The notes below the pieces were generated by a model, which saw only the letters and a list, made by a program, of their open reading frames with translations, made no database searches and was not told where the DNA came from. Of a stretch of 64,000 nucleotides of DNA, positions 38,520 to 50,122 are shown piece by piece; the stretch's first letter is position 1; each line of letters begins with the position of its first letter. Made by a program: the position numbers and the translations under genes. The DNA lies in NCBI GenBank assembly GCA_032718475.1, contig JAUCBJ010002523.1:1-64000 (forward strand), read 5' to 3'. This DNA is from Nemertoderma westbladi (Eukaryota; Animalia; Xenacoelomorpha).

Positions 38520-39901
38520 TTTCTATAAAATTGGACTGATATTTGCTTGAACAAGCGCCTCATGCGCATTTTGGCCGATGAGTATCTGTACCCCTGGGTA
38601 GTCGGTGTTGAATCTAGGTATCTCATACTGCTGGGTGAAATCGTCTTCATCCCAGTTATAAGGTTCCACTTGGCTGGTAGCAAAGTTCTTTATTGCCACC
38701 ATTTTTACTGACCTTATACTGTGTTCTCCTAGTTCATCCTGGGGGGTGGACAACGTGCCTACATAGTAGTCTGTAGCTACTGTAGATTTCCAAACCTGCA
38801 TAATTCCTGAAAAGTTCAACTTAGTTCGGAACTTGGGTTGTCCAGCACAGATGTCTTCGGCTGGTTCTTTGTCGATGAATGTTCCTGTGCTGCTGGAGTC
38901 AAGGAGGGCATTCACTATATAGCTCTTTTTTATCCCGTGGACTCTCAACTATACTACGGGAAATTCCCGGATTCCTACGTTGGAAGTTGGCGCTTTCCAA
39001 GATGGTTGCCGGTCCGGAATAGTTAGGGGGAGCTCGCTATTGGTTTCAGTCTCATACATAAGCGCTCGATACACCGCGGTGTTTGTCATATAACAGGATT
39101 CATTTTCGTCGGAGAATTTGTCTGTGTAGAATCCTTCCATCTCAGAGCTGTGGTCAGTGTCGTTCACATCACTGAATTGGACATGTAGTTCGGGCTCACT
39201 TACCTGACTCGTGCGGGTTCTTTCAAATTCTGTGTGCAGCAAGATATGATGTTTCGCGCCGCACTTAGCACACCTAGCATCTGAGTAACAGGTCCGCCGT
39301 TGGTATCCTCGTCTGAGACAATTATAACACAACCGCTTATCCCACATGACTTCGCGTCTATCCTTTAAGGATTTCTTTAAGAATTCATCACACACACTTA
39401 AACGATGGGGCCCGTCGCACAATGCACATTTTGGTTTGATGTTACTTACTTTACCTCGTTCTCGTTGTAACTCGTTGTACTTCTCACCCCATCAATTTGA
39501 TGTTCTTCCACCGCAATCAATACTCTAGTGAGTACGGCTTCAGGAAGAATGAGAAGTGGATCCGAATAAACTGCATCTGCCATCTTTGCTCCGCGCTCAG
39601 GTGGCAACTCTACAGTATCTGAACTCCTGGAGCTATCGGGCCGCTGAGGAATAAGTTCTCGGTTCGAGTGTTGCTGCTGTTTAACAGCTGCCTCTTGGTC
39701 CCGCTTGACTTGAGCCCGAGTGCCTATGATAGACCTATGGTGCTTTACTAGCCTAGGGTCTGATACTACTACTGGAGGGATGACCTTTCTTACAGTAGGA
39801 GGGGACTTGGACTTCAGTCTCAAATGTTCGGCACTCCTGTCGGAGTCGCAGACTGTTTTTTCTAGGAGACTATCTGAAGGAGTTTGCTTTTTGTCAGCCA
39901 T
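38520..39901 (-). pseudogene. BEL/Pao gag (triple zinc knuckle) and aspartic protease remnant
   Basis: CDGPHRLSVC..CYNCLRRGY..C..CAKCGAKHHILLH; VNALLDSSSTGTFI; VQILIGQN. In-frame stop and frameshifts are present. Confidence 0.88.
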
Positions 39902-41333
39902 GTTTGTTTGTACAGTTGAATGCCTACTACTATACTGCAGTTAAAGCAAGTCTAGTAATTCAGTATCAACTGTTAGCCTAGTAATTAATTACCGATATCG
40001 TTACTCAATGTAACACGATATATATATAATATATTAGAATACCGGTATACACTTATAGTATATATATAAGTATTATTACAGACTAGGGTTTGTCACAGAA
40101 TACCGGTATATAATTTCAGCACAAATATATATAAATATATAATAAGCCTACCGTGAATACCGGTATACAGCTTACACTTATAGTATATATAAGTATAATT
40201 ATGGACTAAAATTAATTACAGAATACTGGTATATAATTTCAGCATAAATTTATACAAATAAATATAATAAGCCTATAGTAAATACTGGTATGTCAATTAT
40301 TTTATAATAACTAAATTTCTGAATTTTAGGATTACTTTCCTTTACTTTGTTACTGTTATTAAGCAGTAGTCTAACTGATATTAAGACCTAATTGATGTAT
40401 GGCAGGCCTACTATTTTATAAATTGGTTTGAGTTGATTTATAATATATATATACCCTTATAATGGGTTTTTTGACAATATTTGAAATAAATGTTATTATT
40501 TCTGGTAAGGAGTCACTACACAGAAGCTGTACGCTCTCAGTGAAGTGCTACTTGTTGGACACTAAAACAAATAATTATACTTGACTAAGTTACTTATTAC
40601 TACAAATTACGTACAATTACAGGTGAGATTACAATCTCTAAATAAACACAAAAATTACACGTACAAATTTTAGGGTAATTTTACAGGAAATCTACAAACC
40701 AGCCTAACAAGGGGTTAGAGTTTCTGGTTATTACAACGGACAGGATACTACGGTATTTGAAAATAATAAAGCAGTAGAAAATAAATTGCGTTGTCCAGAT
40801 AAGAAAATACCACCGTCTGACGACTTATAGTCTTTAGCTGTACAGCTCTATAAGTACTACATTATGTACCCGGAATGTCCCTACCTAGAAGTTAATTACC
40901 GCAGCCAACCAGAGCTAACGTACCTATTAACCACTTTACAACACAAATATACTGCCTACACACTAATTACCTTCGGAAACCACTGTACACTAAACCCTAA
41001 ATTAGGTACAAGTACTTATACAACAAATAACCAGCAGTTAAATATACTTGTATAGCTAAAAGAACCACGGTATCTGCTGGAGTGACTAGAGCATAAAATC
41101 ACCAGTCTTTACCTACGCCAAACAGCCCTGATGTAGTACCGGGGTTAATTTAACTATAACGGTATGTATAACAAGCACAATTACTGTAGGAATAAACTTG
41201 GGGGTGTGTTGTGTATGTTGCGAATAATCGCATAAACTCTGAATAATAAATATTACGCTACCCGTACAGACTACACAAACAAAATACAAACCAAATGCTG
41301 GCAGACTACTATCAAGCCTAAATAAACTAGGTT

Positions 41334-41379
41334 AGCGCTACTGATGAGGCCTGTCAGGCCGAAACGTGCGTATAGCGCT
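41334..41379 (+). ncRNA. Minimal type-I hammerhead ribozyme, copy 1
   Basis: Stem I AGCGCTA/TAGCGCT; core CTGATGA; stem II GGCCT-gtc-AGGCC; GAAA; short stem III AC-gtgc-GT; predicted cleavage after GUA (41372). Confidence 0.93.
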
Positions 41380-41651
41380 GGTTCAACCCCCGGTGACGCG
41401 CTCCCATTTTTTCCACTTCTGAACAAACCCATAATATTACACCTTTAATTACAGTTGCAACAGCTCATCTCCAATTTATTTAATTAATATCACCTGGCAG
41501 CAATACCGAGCTGAATATTTATTTATTTGTACTTCCCTCCTGTTTCACTCTAGCATACTTGAGGCCGTTAGGTCCGCTGTTAGAGATAGAATATTTGCAA
41601 CTTAAGACTGCCCGTTCAATAGAAGTGGATTAGGTGGGACTGCGAGTGTCA

Positions 41652-41752
41652 GGGGCTAGTGGCTGAGCTGGTTAGCGCTACTGATGAGGCCTGTCAGGCC
41701 GAAACGTGCGTATAGCGCTGGTTCAACCCCCGGTGACGCGCTCCCATTTTTT
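41652..41752 (+). promoter_or_regulatory. tRNA-like Pol III cassette enclosing the hammerhead (repeated at +340 and +680)
   Basis: A box TGGCTGAGCTGG (41660-41671), B box GGTTCAACCCC (41720-41730), T6 (41747-41752). Confidence 0.7.
41674..41719 (+). ncRNA. Hammerhead ribozyme, copy 2
   Basis: Identical to copy 1. Confidence 0.93.
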
Positions 41753-42013
41753 CCACTTCTGAACAAACCCATAATATTACAACTTTAATTACAGTTGCAA
41801 CAGCTCATCTCCAATTTATCTAATTAATATCACCTGGCAGCAATACCGAGCTGAATATTTATTTATTTGTACTTCCCTCCTGTTTCACTCTAGCATACTT
41901 GAGGCCGTTAGGTCCGCTGTTAGAGATAGAATATTTGCAACTTAAGACTGCCCGTTCAATAGAAGTGGATTAGGTGGGACTGCGAGTGTCAGGGGCTAGT
42001 GGCTGAGCTGGTT

Positions 42014-42059
42014 AGCGCTACTGATGAGGCCTGTCAGGCCGAAACGTGCGTATAGCGCT
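42014..42059 (+). ncRNA. Hammerhead ribozyme, copy 3
   Basis: Identical to copy 1. Confidence 0.93.
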
Positions 42060-42353
42060 GGTTCAACCCCCGGTGACGCGCTCCCATTTTTTCCACTTCT
42101 GAACAAACCCATAATATTACACCTTTAATTACAGTTGCAACAGCTCATCTCCAATTTATTTAATTAATATCACCTGGCAGCAATACCGAGCTGAATATTT
42201 ATTTATTTGTACTTCCCTCCTGTTTCACTCTAGCATACTTGAGGCCGTTAGGTCCGCTGTTAGAGATAGAATATTTGCAACTTAAGACTGCCCGTTCAAT
42301 AGAAGTGGATTAGGTGGGACTGCGAGTGTCAGGGGCTAGTGGCTGAGCTGGTT

Positions 42354-42399
42354 AGCGCTACTGATGAGGCCTGTCAGGACGAAACGTGCATATAGCGCT
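42354..42399 (+). ncRNA. Hammerhead ribozyme, copy 4 (mutated)
   Basis: Core is intact, but stem II has a mismatch (aggac) and GUA has become AUA. Confidence 0.75.
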
Positions 42400-43060
42400 G
42401 GTTCAACCCCCGGTGACGCGCTCCCATTTTTTCCACTTCTGAACAATAATATTACACCTTTAATTACAGTTGCAACAGCTCATCTCCAATTTATTTAATT
42501 AATATCACCTGGCAGCAATACCGAGCTGAATATTTATTTATTTGTACTTCCCTCCTGTTTCACTCTAGCATACTTGAGGCCGTTAGGTCCGCTGTTAGAG
42601 ATAGAATATTTGCAACTTAAGACTGCCCATTCAATAGAAGTGGATTAGGTGGAACCGAAACATGTGTATAGCGCTGGTTCAACCCCCGGTGACGCGCTCC
42701 CATTTTTTCCACTTCTGAACAAACCCATAATATTACACCTTTAAATAAACTACAGTATATGCAGACTCCGAAATGGTTAGTTCGTATGCGTTCTAACCGA
42801 GTAGTACGACTTATTCTTTCAGAGGGGATTTACCTTACAACACTGGATGCCCCCACCTTCCTAACTAGTATTTTATCGGACATACACTCTACACACACTG
42901 CAATCTCTTCGGACCTGACAACAGCCAGACAACAATCCAGCCTACAAATTATTTGTACAATTTGAGCGGGCTTACACGCCTTCTGCTCAATATAAACTTA
43001 CAGATAAATAAAACTGACAGAAATAAATAAGCTCCAAAAGAAACAAGGGGTGTACAGTCC

Positions 43061-44368
43061 CTAATCTCTTAAACAGCCTACCAATATACAATATCACAAT
43101 CGAAATAATACTAGTACCTGTACTGCTGTAAGTACCGGTTTGGGTGGTTAGGTAGTTAGCCTACAGGTTACCGGTCGACCGGTACATGCAATAAAAAAAC
43201 TAGAATAACTGTTATTGTTCGCGCTTTTAGACCTTTAGCAGTTTAACCCGCCAATTTTAGGTGTCTTCTAGGTTATAAATCGACTTTAACCTATAACAAG
43301 TATTTGGTGCATATAAAGTTACATTAGCCGAAGCCAGCCTATGCGCGACCATTCACCCACGGTTAAGGGAGACTGGATTCGGATGCTCTGACCTTATTGC
43401 GGTGTAGACTTACTGTATTATTCGATTGATCGTTAATATATAATCTCTGACAAATATTATTCACTTTTGGGAAATATTAACAGTTCCTTTAGGACGTGGC
43501 GCTCTAAGTATGTAAACAGAGTTATGACTTACACTAAACACAACGGGATGGCTAATGATTTTCGTATAAAGCGCATTCTTTAGGAAATGCTTTGTTATCG
43601 GTTACACTCCTGCACACTACCGCACACTGCTGCACACTGATCTGCCGACCTTCACTAAATTTGATCATATATAAGGAGAATAGCAACTGACACATGTAGG
43701 GATTATGAAATAGCATTCAATTCACTCCAAAACCACTATAATATAAGTCGCAGTTTCTACAGGTAACTGGTCCCTCTTACCTTCAGTATATCAAGAAGAT
43801 TGGGGTTTTATGATTATTTATCGATATTCTCCAAATATAACAACATATCCATCAACTTATAACAATTAATAACCGACAGTAAACAGAAGTAAAATAATGC
43901 GGTAGGACAAGTATGTATGTTCTGGTTTGTCCAGTTTGTATGGTTTGATTTGTTTGATAACAGTTAAACGTTCCTATAATCAAAGCCTTCTAATGTTTGG
44001 CTAAAGTCTGAAACTCAGAATAATTCCAAAGCCGATGTTCTGGGGCTCAGGAAAAGGTAAACAAAAACCGTCATGCATTGCGCGATTTCCCATAGGATTC
44101 TGTGCAAGATAAAATGAAAATCGCCCTGATTGGTCGAGCGAGCCGAACAAAGAAAGTTAAGAAAGCTCCACATCGACATTAAATCAGCTGATAGATTTCG
44201 TCATCTGAGCTACACTGTATTAAGAGTATTTGGCGTATTGCAGCATAAAATGGCTTGTTATGTCCGCTAAAGTACACATACAGAAAAAATGGCTTTTTAT
44301 GTCCGCTAAAACACCTACACAGTACTTTGCGGGAAAAATGATTAGTTATATCCGCAAAAGCCTTTACA
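43061..44368 (-). repeat. LTR copy (5' LTR; true inner boundary unresolved)
   Basis: Matches 33585-34892 with only a few differences. No PBS could be identified. Confidence 0.85.
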
Positions 44369-47300
44369 AATGATAATTAATTGTTGTGAGTATGTGCTAG
44401 ATATAGCAGTAATAGTGCTATTCGGTTTGTAACATTATGAAACAATGTCTCATGTATACACTGTAGTGTTACAACTATGTGTAGGTAAGTCAATGTGTCA
44501 GTGTTAATATAGTATATTACATTTTTTATAATATATTGGTTTTACAGAGTGATGCTGGGTTTTAGCACTATTAATTTGACATTTTTTTATTGCGAAATTA
44601 GATTCACTGAAAAATTCCATGAATAAACTTTGCGAGACATTCCTAAACTATTCTTTGACAACAAATTGTCTATCTATCTATTTTGAGTAAAAAATGTGAA
44701 AATTAAAATGCAAGTCTTAAAACTGAGTAAGTACTGTTATATTTATTTAAAAATATGAAATTTCTTCAGTAAATGCGAGACTGCTGTAATCATCTATTTT
44801 TTTTAGTAAAAAATAATAAACTTACAGTATATATGTTGAAAACCAAGCATCATGCTACAGAAAAAATATTAACTTAAAATTCTTCACAAACTTATTAACT
44901 GAAAACAGTATCTAGCATATATCCAACGTTTAATTTTACATTTTTTTTTAGTCAAAGGTAGATTCACTGACATTGTTCTAGAACTTAATAGAAATCTGAG
45001 CTAGATATTGAAGCACTATCTTAAGGTAGGTGTGACAATGTGTGAAATATATTTCATGTATTATGATCAAGTGAGATATTGTTATGATTATGAAAGCTAG
45101 TATGTTTGTTTAGTTAATAAAATAATAATAAGGTTATGAAGTCATATTATAAGATTATAAGGTCATTCCATAATCGATACACAAATAGTATGTTACAACT
45201 GTAAATACAAGTGTTAACTACGTATTTGTCCTGGAAAATAAATAATCGACACCCAGGAAGATGTTCTATTTACACCACCTAGAGAAATGAATAATTTGGC
45301 AATTATCGGAGATGAAATACACTCTGTTCCCGCTGGGCGGCTTTATCCTGAATAAATTTAGAAACGCCTTCAAAGGGAGTTAATAAGTTCGTGAAGAATT
45401 TTAAGTAAATAGTATATAAGTTGATATTGTTTCTATAGGGTGATGTTTGGTTTTAAACATATATACTGTAAGGTTATTATTTTTTACTAAAAAAATAGCT
45501 GATTACAACAGACTCATATTTACTGAAGAAATTATTTCATATTTTTGAATAAATATAACAGTACTTACTCAGTTTTAAGGCTTACATTTTAATTTTCAAA
45601 TTTTTTACTCAAAATTGATAGATAGACAGTTTGTTGTCAAAGAATAGTTGAGGAATGTCTCGCAAAGTTTATTCGTGGAATTTTTCAGTGAATCTAATTT
45701 TGCAATAAAAAAAAATGTTAAATTAATAGCGCAAAACCCTGCATCACTCTGTAGAACCAATATCAACTCATAAGATCTAGTTTGTAACGCTGCTTCATCT
45801 ACTCAAAACTGTTTTTTCTCACGTTCAAACGTAATTAACCTGTCATTATTGTACTATGATTAATATAATCTATACACAAATAGTATGTTACAACTGTAAA
45901 TAAGTGTTTACTACATATTTGTCCTGGAAAATAAATAATTTACACTCAGGAAGATGTTCTACAATTTTTGTACAGTGGCCTATTATCAATCCCTCTGGTA
46001 TTGACTTATGTAAAGAATCTAAATTTAGTACACCGAGCATGATATAACCATCAGTTTCAGGTTCGAGCACCGAATCTGTGATACTACTACTACTAGGTCG
46101 AGTGGACTCGGACAGTGGAAATGAGATCCTTCCAGGCTTCCCGATTCTCCATAGTTGTTGCAATTTCGTTTCTCCCAAGTTCAGTATCCCTTTCAAGTTG
46201 ATCTATATATGTTATGGCCGGTCGTCCACGACTACGCTTTCCATGAGTTAGTTGCCAGAGAAGTAGATCTGGTATGACTTTACTTCGCCAGCGGTGCCCA
46301 CTGAATCTTAATCTGCGTTCACGGAGGGTGGTTGATACAGGTGGTATTGTACCATAAAGCTCGGCGTTTGTCATGTGTTGTCTCCAGCTGATTTTAGGGC
46401 TGCCCTTAGTAGTCTTATGTAGCAACCATCAATTCGTTGTTCAAGTGATTTAGTCAGTGTCCAGGTCTCACCCCCGTATAAAAATACACTTTCTTTCGAA
46501 TGACAGGTTAATTACGTTTGAATATAAGATGGAATGATAATTAATTGTTGTGAGTATGTGCTAGATATAGCAGTAATAGTGCTATTCGGTTTGTAACATT
46601 ATGAAACATGGTCTCATGTATACACTGTAGTGTTACAACTATGTATAGGTAAGTCAATGTGTCAGTGTTAATATAGTATATTAAATTTTTTATAATATAT
46701 TGGTTCTACAGAGTGATGCTGGGTTTTAGCACTATTAATTTGACATTTCTTTATTGCGATATTAGATTCACTGAAAAATTCCATGAATAAACTTTGCGAG
46801 ACATTCCTTAACTATTCTTTGACAACAAATTGTCTATCTATCTATTTTGAGTAAAAAATGTGAAAATTAAAATGCAAGTCTTAAAACTGAGTAAGTACTG
46901 TTATATTTATTTAAAAATATGAAATTTCTTCAGTAAATGCGAGACTTCTGTAATCATCTATTTTTTTTAGTAAAAAATAATAAACTTACAGTATATATGT
47001 TGAAAACCAAGGATCATGCTACAGAAAAAATATTAACTTAAAATTCTTCACAAACTTATTAACTGAAAACAGTATCTAACATATATCCAACGTTTAATTT
47101 TACATTTTTTTTTTAGTCAAAGGTAGATTCACTGACATTGTTCTAGAACTTAATAGAAATCTGAGCTAGAAATAGAAGCACTATCTTAAGGCAGGTGTGA
47201 CAATGTGTGAAATATATTTCATGTATTATGATCAAGTGAGATATTGTTATGATTATGAAAGCTAGTATGTTTGTTTAGTTAATAAAATAATAATAAGGTT

Positions 47301-48125
47301 ATGAAGTCATATTATAAGATTATAAGGTCATTCCATAATCGATACACAAATAGTATGTTACAATTGTAAATACAAGTGTTAACTACGTATTTGTCCTGGA
47401 AAATAAATAATCGACACCCAGGAAGATGTTCTATTTACACCACCTAGAGAAATGAATAATTTGGCAATTATCGGAGATGAAATACACTCTGTTCCCGCTG
47501 GGTGGCTTTATCCTGAATAAATTTAGAAACGCCTTCAAAGGGAGTTAATAAGTTCGTGAAGAATTTTAAGTAAATAGTATATAAGTTGATATTGTTTCTA
47601 TAGGGTTATGTTTGGTTTTAAACATATATACTGTAAGGTTATTATTTTTTACTAAAAAAATAGCTGATTACAACAGACTCACATTTACTGAAGAAATTTC
47701 ATATTTTTGAATAAATATAACAGTACTTACTCAGTTTTAAGGCTTACATTTTAATTTTCACATTTTTTACTCAAAATTGATAGATAGACAGTTTGTTGTC
47801 AAAGAATAGTTGAGGAATGTCCTGCAAAGTTTATTCGTGGAATTTTTCAGTGAATCTAATTTTGCAATAAAAAAAAATGTTAAATTAATAGCGCAAAACC
47901 CTGCATCACTCTGTAGAACCAATATCAACTCATAAGATCTAGTTTGTAACGCTGCTTCATCTACTCAAAACTGTTTTTTCTCACGTTCAAACGTAATTAA
48001 CCTGTCATTATTGTACTATGATTAATATAATCTATACACAAATAGTATGTTACAACTGTAAATTAAGTGTTTACTACATATTTGTCCTGGAAAATAAATA
48101 ATTGACACACAGGAAGATGTTCTAT
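44369..48125. repeat. Two ~1.6-kb direct copies (44369-45962 and 46534-48123), each containing a foldback element with ~310-bp inverted arms
   Basis: Both copies start aatgataattaattgttgtgag. About 44533-44850 is the reverse complement of about 45448-45763 (tacagagtgatgc...gcatcactctgta). A further inverted partial copy lies at about 48470-48690. Confidence 0.88.
46083..46495 (-). mobile_element. RTE-clade LINE 3' fragment
   Basis: ISWRQHMTNAELYG..RERRLRFSGH..LLLWQLTHGKRSRGRP; the stop codon is followed by (TAG)n. Confidence 0.9.
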
Positions 48126-50122
48126 TTACACCACCTAGATAAATGAATAATTTGACAATTATCAGTGATGAAATACACTCTGCTCCCACTGGACGGGTTT
48201 ATCCTGAATAAATTGAGAAACGCCTTCAAAGGGAACGGGAATAACAAGTATCGAGAAACAGCTTCATAACTTAATTATTATTATTTTATTAACTAAACAT
48301 ACTAGCTTTCATAATCATAACAATATCTCACTTGATCACAATACATCATATATATTTCACACATTTTTTGAAATTATTTTGTCGCGAAATTAAAAGCAAT
48401 CGTAAAGTAACAACTCCTGCCTGAACTGCTGCAGCAGCTAGCTGTGTAGGAATGTTTGAGTCATTAAATTATTAACTATACAAACATACTAGCTTTCATA
48501 ATCATAACAATATCTCACTTGATCATAATACATGAAATATATTTCACACATTGTCACACTTACCTTAAGATAGTGCTTCAATGTCTAGCTCAGATTTCTA
48601 TTAAGTTCTAGAACAATGTCAGTGAATCTACCTTTGACTAAAAAAAAATGTAAAATTAAACGTTGGATATATGCTAGATACTGTTTTCAGTTAACCTTTT
48701 AGCTGCCAAGTTCCCATTTTGTTCCCTCAAATTTAGATGTAAGCCAGAGCTACAAAATTTTATAGAATTTGACAAAAACACGTTTAGTGTATTAATTTAT
48801 TATGTGTGTTATAATATATTATGTAATAAATGAAAAAATAAAAAAAGTGTATTTTTGGTAAAAAATGGATACTGGGGCACCATTTCTAAAGTAACACTTT
48901 ATTAAAATAAGAACACCATTAATTGATGTAAATATGTTTGCTGCATAAAGCTAACATGTTATACTATATATTATAATAGAAATGTCAAATTTTGTAATAT
49001 TCGTTCAGGGTGCAAAAATGCAATTAAAAATTTTGGGAACAAAATGGGAACTTGGCCACTAAAGGGGCTTTATTATAATTATAAAGTAATAAAATTATTC
49101 CTGAAACTTTTATTTCTGCTGAAGTTCAGACCTATCAGCCTGTGTTCCTGTGTTTATCATATCTAAAAACTGGCTTTTCCTAAGACCAAGCCTTATCTAA
49201 GTCAAACACTACACTACAGCATCAAGCAAGACCATACTGCCATAGTCACAGACACCTACTGACTATACTGACAGTAGTAGGCGCTACTACCAGACTACTA
49301 CAGTACTAACTGTACTGCCGGTAGCTAACTGTACTACAACTGTACTTAGTACTAACTGTACTACCGCTACCGGTAGGCTTGTCTTCAAGTACGTACATTT
49401 CATCTGACAGTGTAGCACCCTGTCTGAAGGATGCGAAAAATCAATGGAGCCGGAGTTTTTTTTATTAGTTTTTATTATTTCTAGTATATTGGAGCCTTTG
49501 GGACGGACAGTGGAGTGACTCGCGCTGGTTATTGTTATTGTTGTGTAGCTACTACGTTGGCGAGAGGCACAGTGACGACAGTACTGTACACCAGCGCTGA
49601 GGATCTCTGGCTGTCCAGGGGCTGGTGCGGGGACCATATAGGCAGCCACGCCCGCTAGCCTTTATTATTATCAATAACTTCGATTGCTGTTCTTTATAAT
49701 GCAGTAATGGCGGCTTGTAGTTCCTTTTATGGTCGTAATAAAGGAAATAAACATTCAGAAGCGAACGACGTTCATCACACTGCAAGATAGATAGATAGAT
49801 AGATAGATTTATTTATACATTATGTAAAAACAATAACAAATACACCAAACAATGTACCGGTATAAAGGTATTGTCCAACATAACATATAGGATTACCCCT
49901 AAAGCTTTGCAGCTTATTTCCAAGGGGGTCCTTTATGTTACTTGGTTACAAATACAATATTACACTACGCTAACCTAAAACCAATATAAAACGTAATTAC
50001 ACTATGTACATGTACAACTTTACCGAGAGCGTGACAATGCCCGACTCAACGATAAAGATGTAATGTACAGAACAATTTATTATAAAACGTAATTACAGTA
50101 TAAATAGTAAATAATTAATAAA

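Larger units (their letters stand above)
41330..42741 (+). mobile_element. Tandem 340-bp hammerhead-ribozyme retroelement array (retrozyme-like) with an 11-bp TSD
   Basis: Units recur at 41331, 41671, 42011 and 42351, with a deleted fifth near 42655. TAAATAAACTA flanks both sides (41319-41329 and 42742-42752). Confidence 0.93.
33585..44368 (-). mobile_element. Non-autonomous/deleted BEL/Pao LTR retrotransposon
   Basis: Paired LTRs enclose gag zinc knuckles and a protease remnant. No RT, RNase H or integrase is recognisable. Confidence 0.8.

Noticed and set aside
43036-43060. Purine tract plus TGTACA as the start of a plus-strand 3' LTR
   Set aside because: gag and protease are on the minus strand and no PBS follows 34892 on the plus strand, so the boundary is left unresolved.
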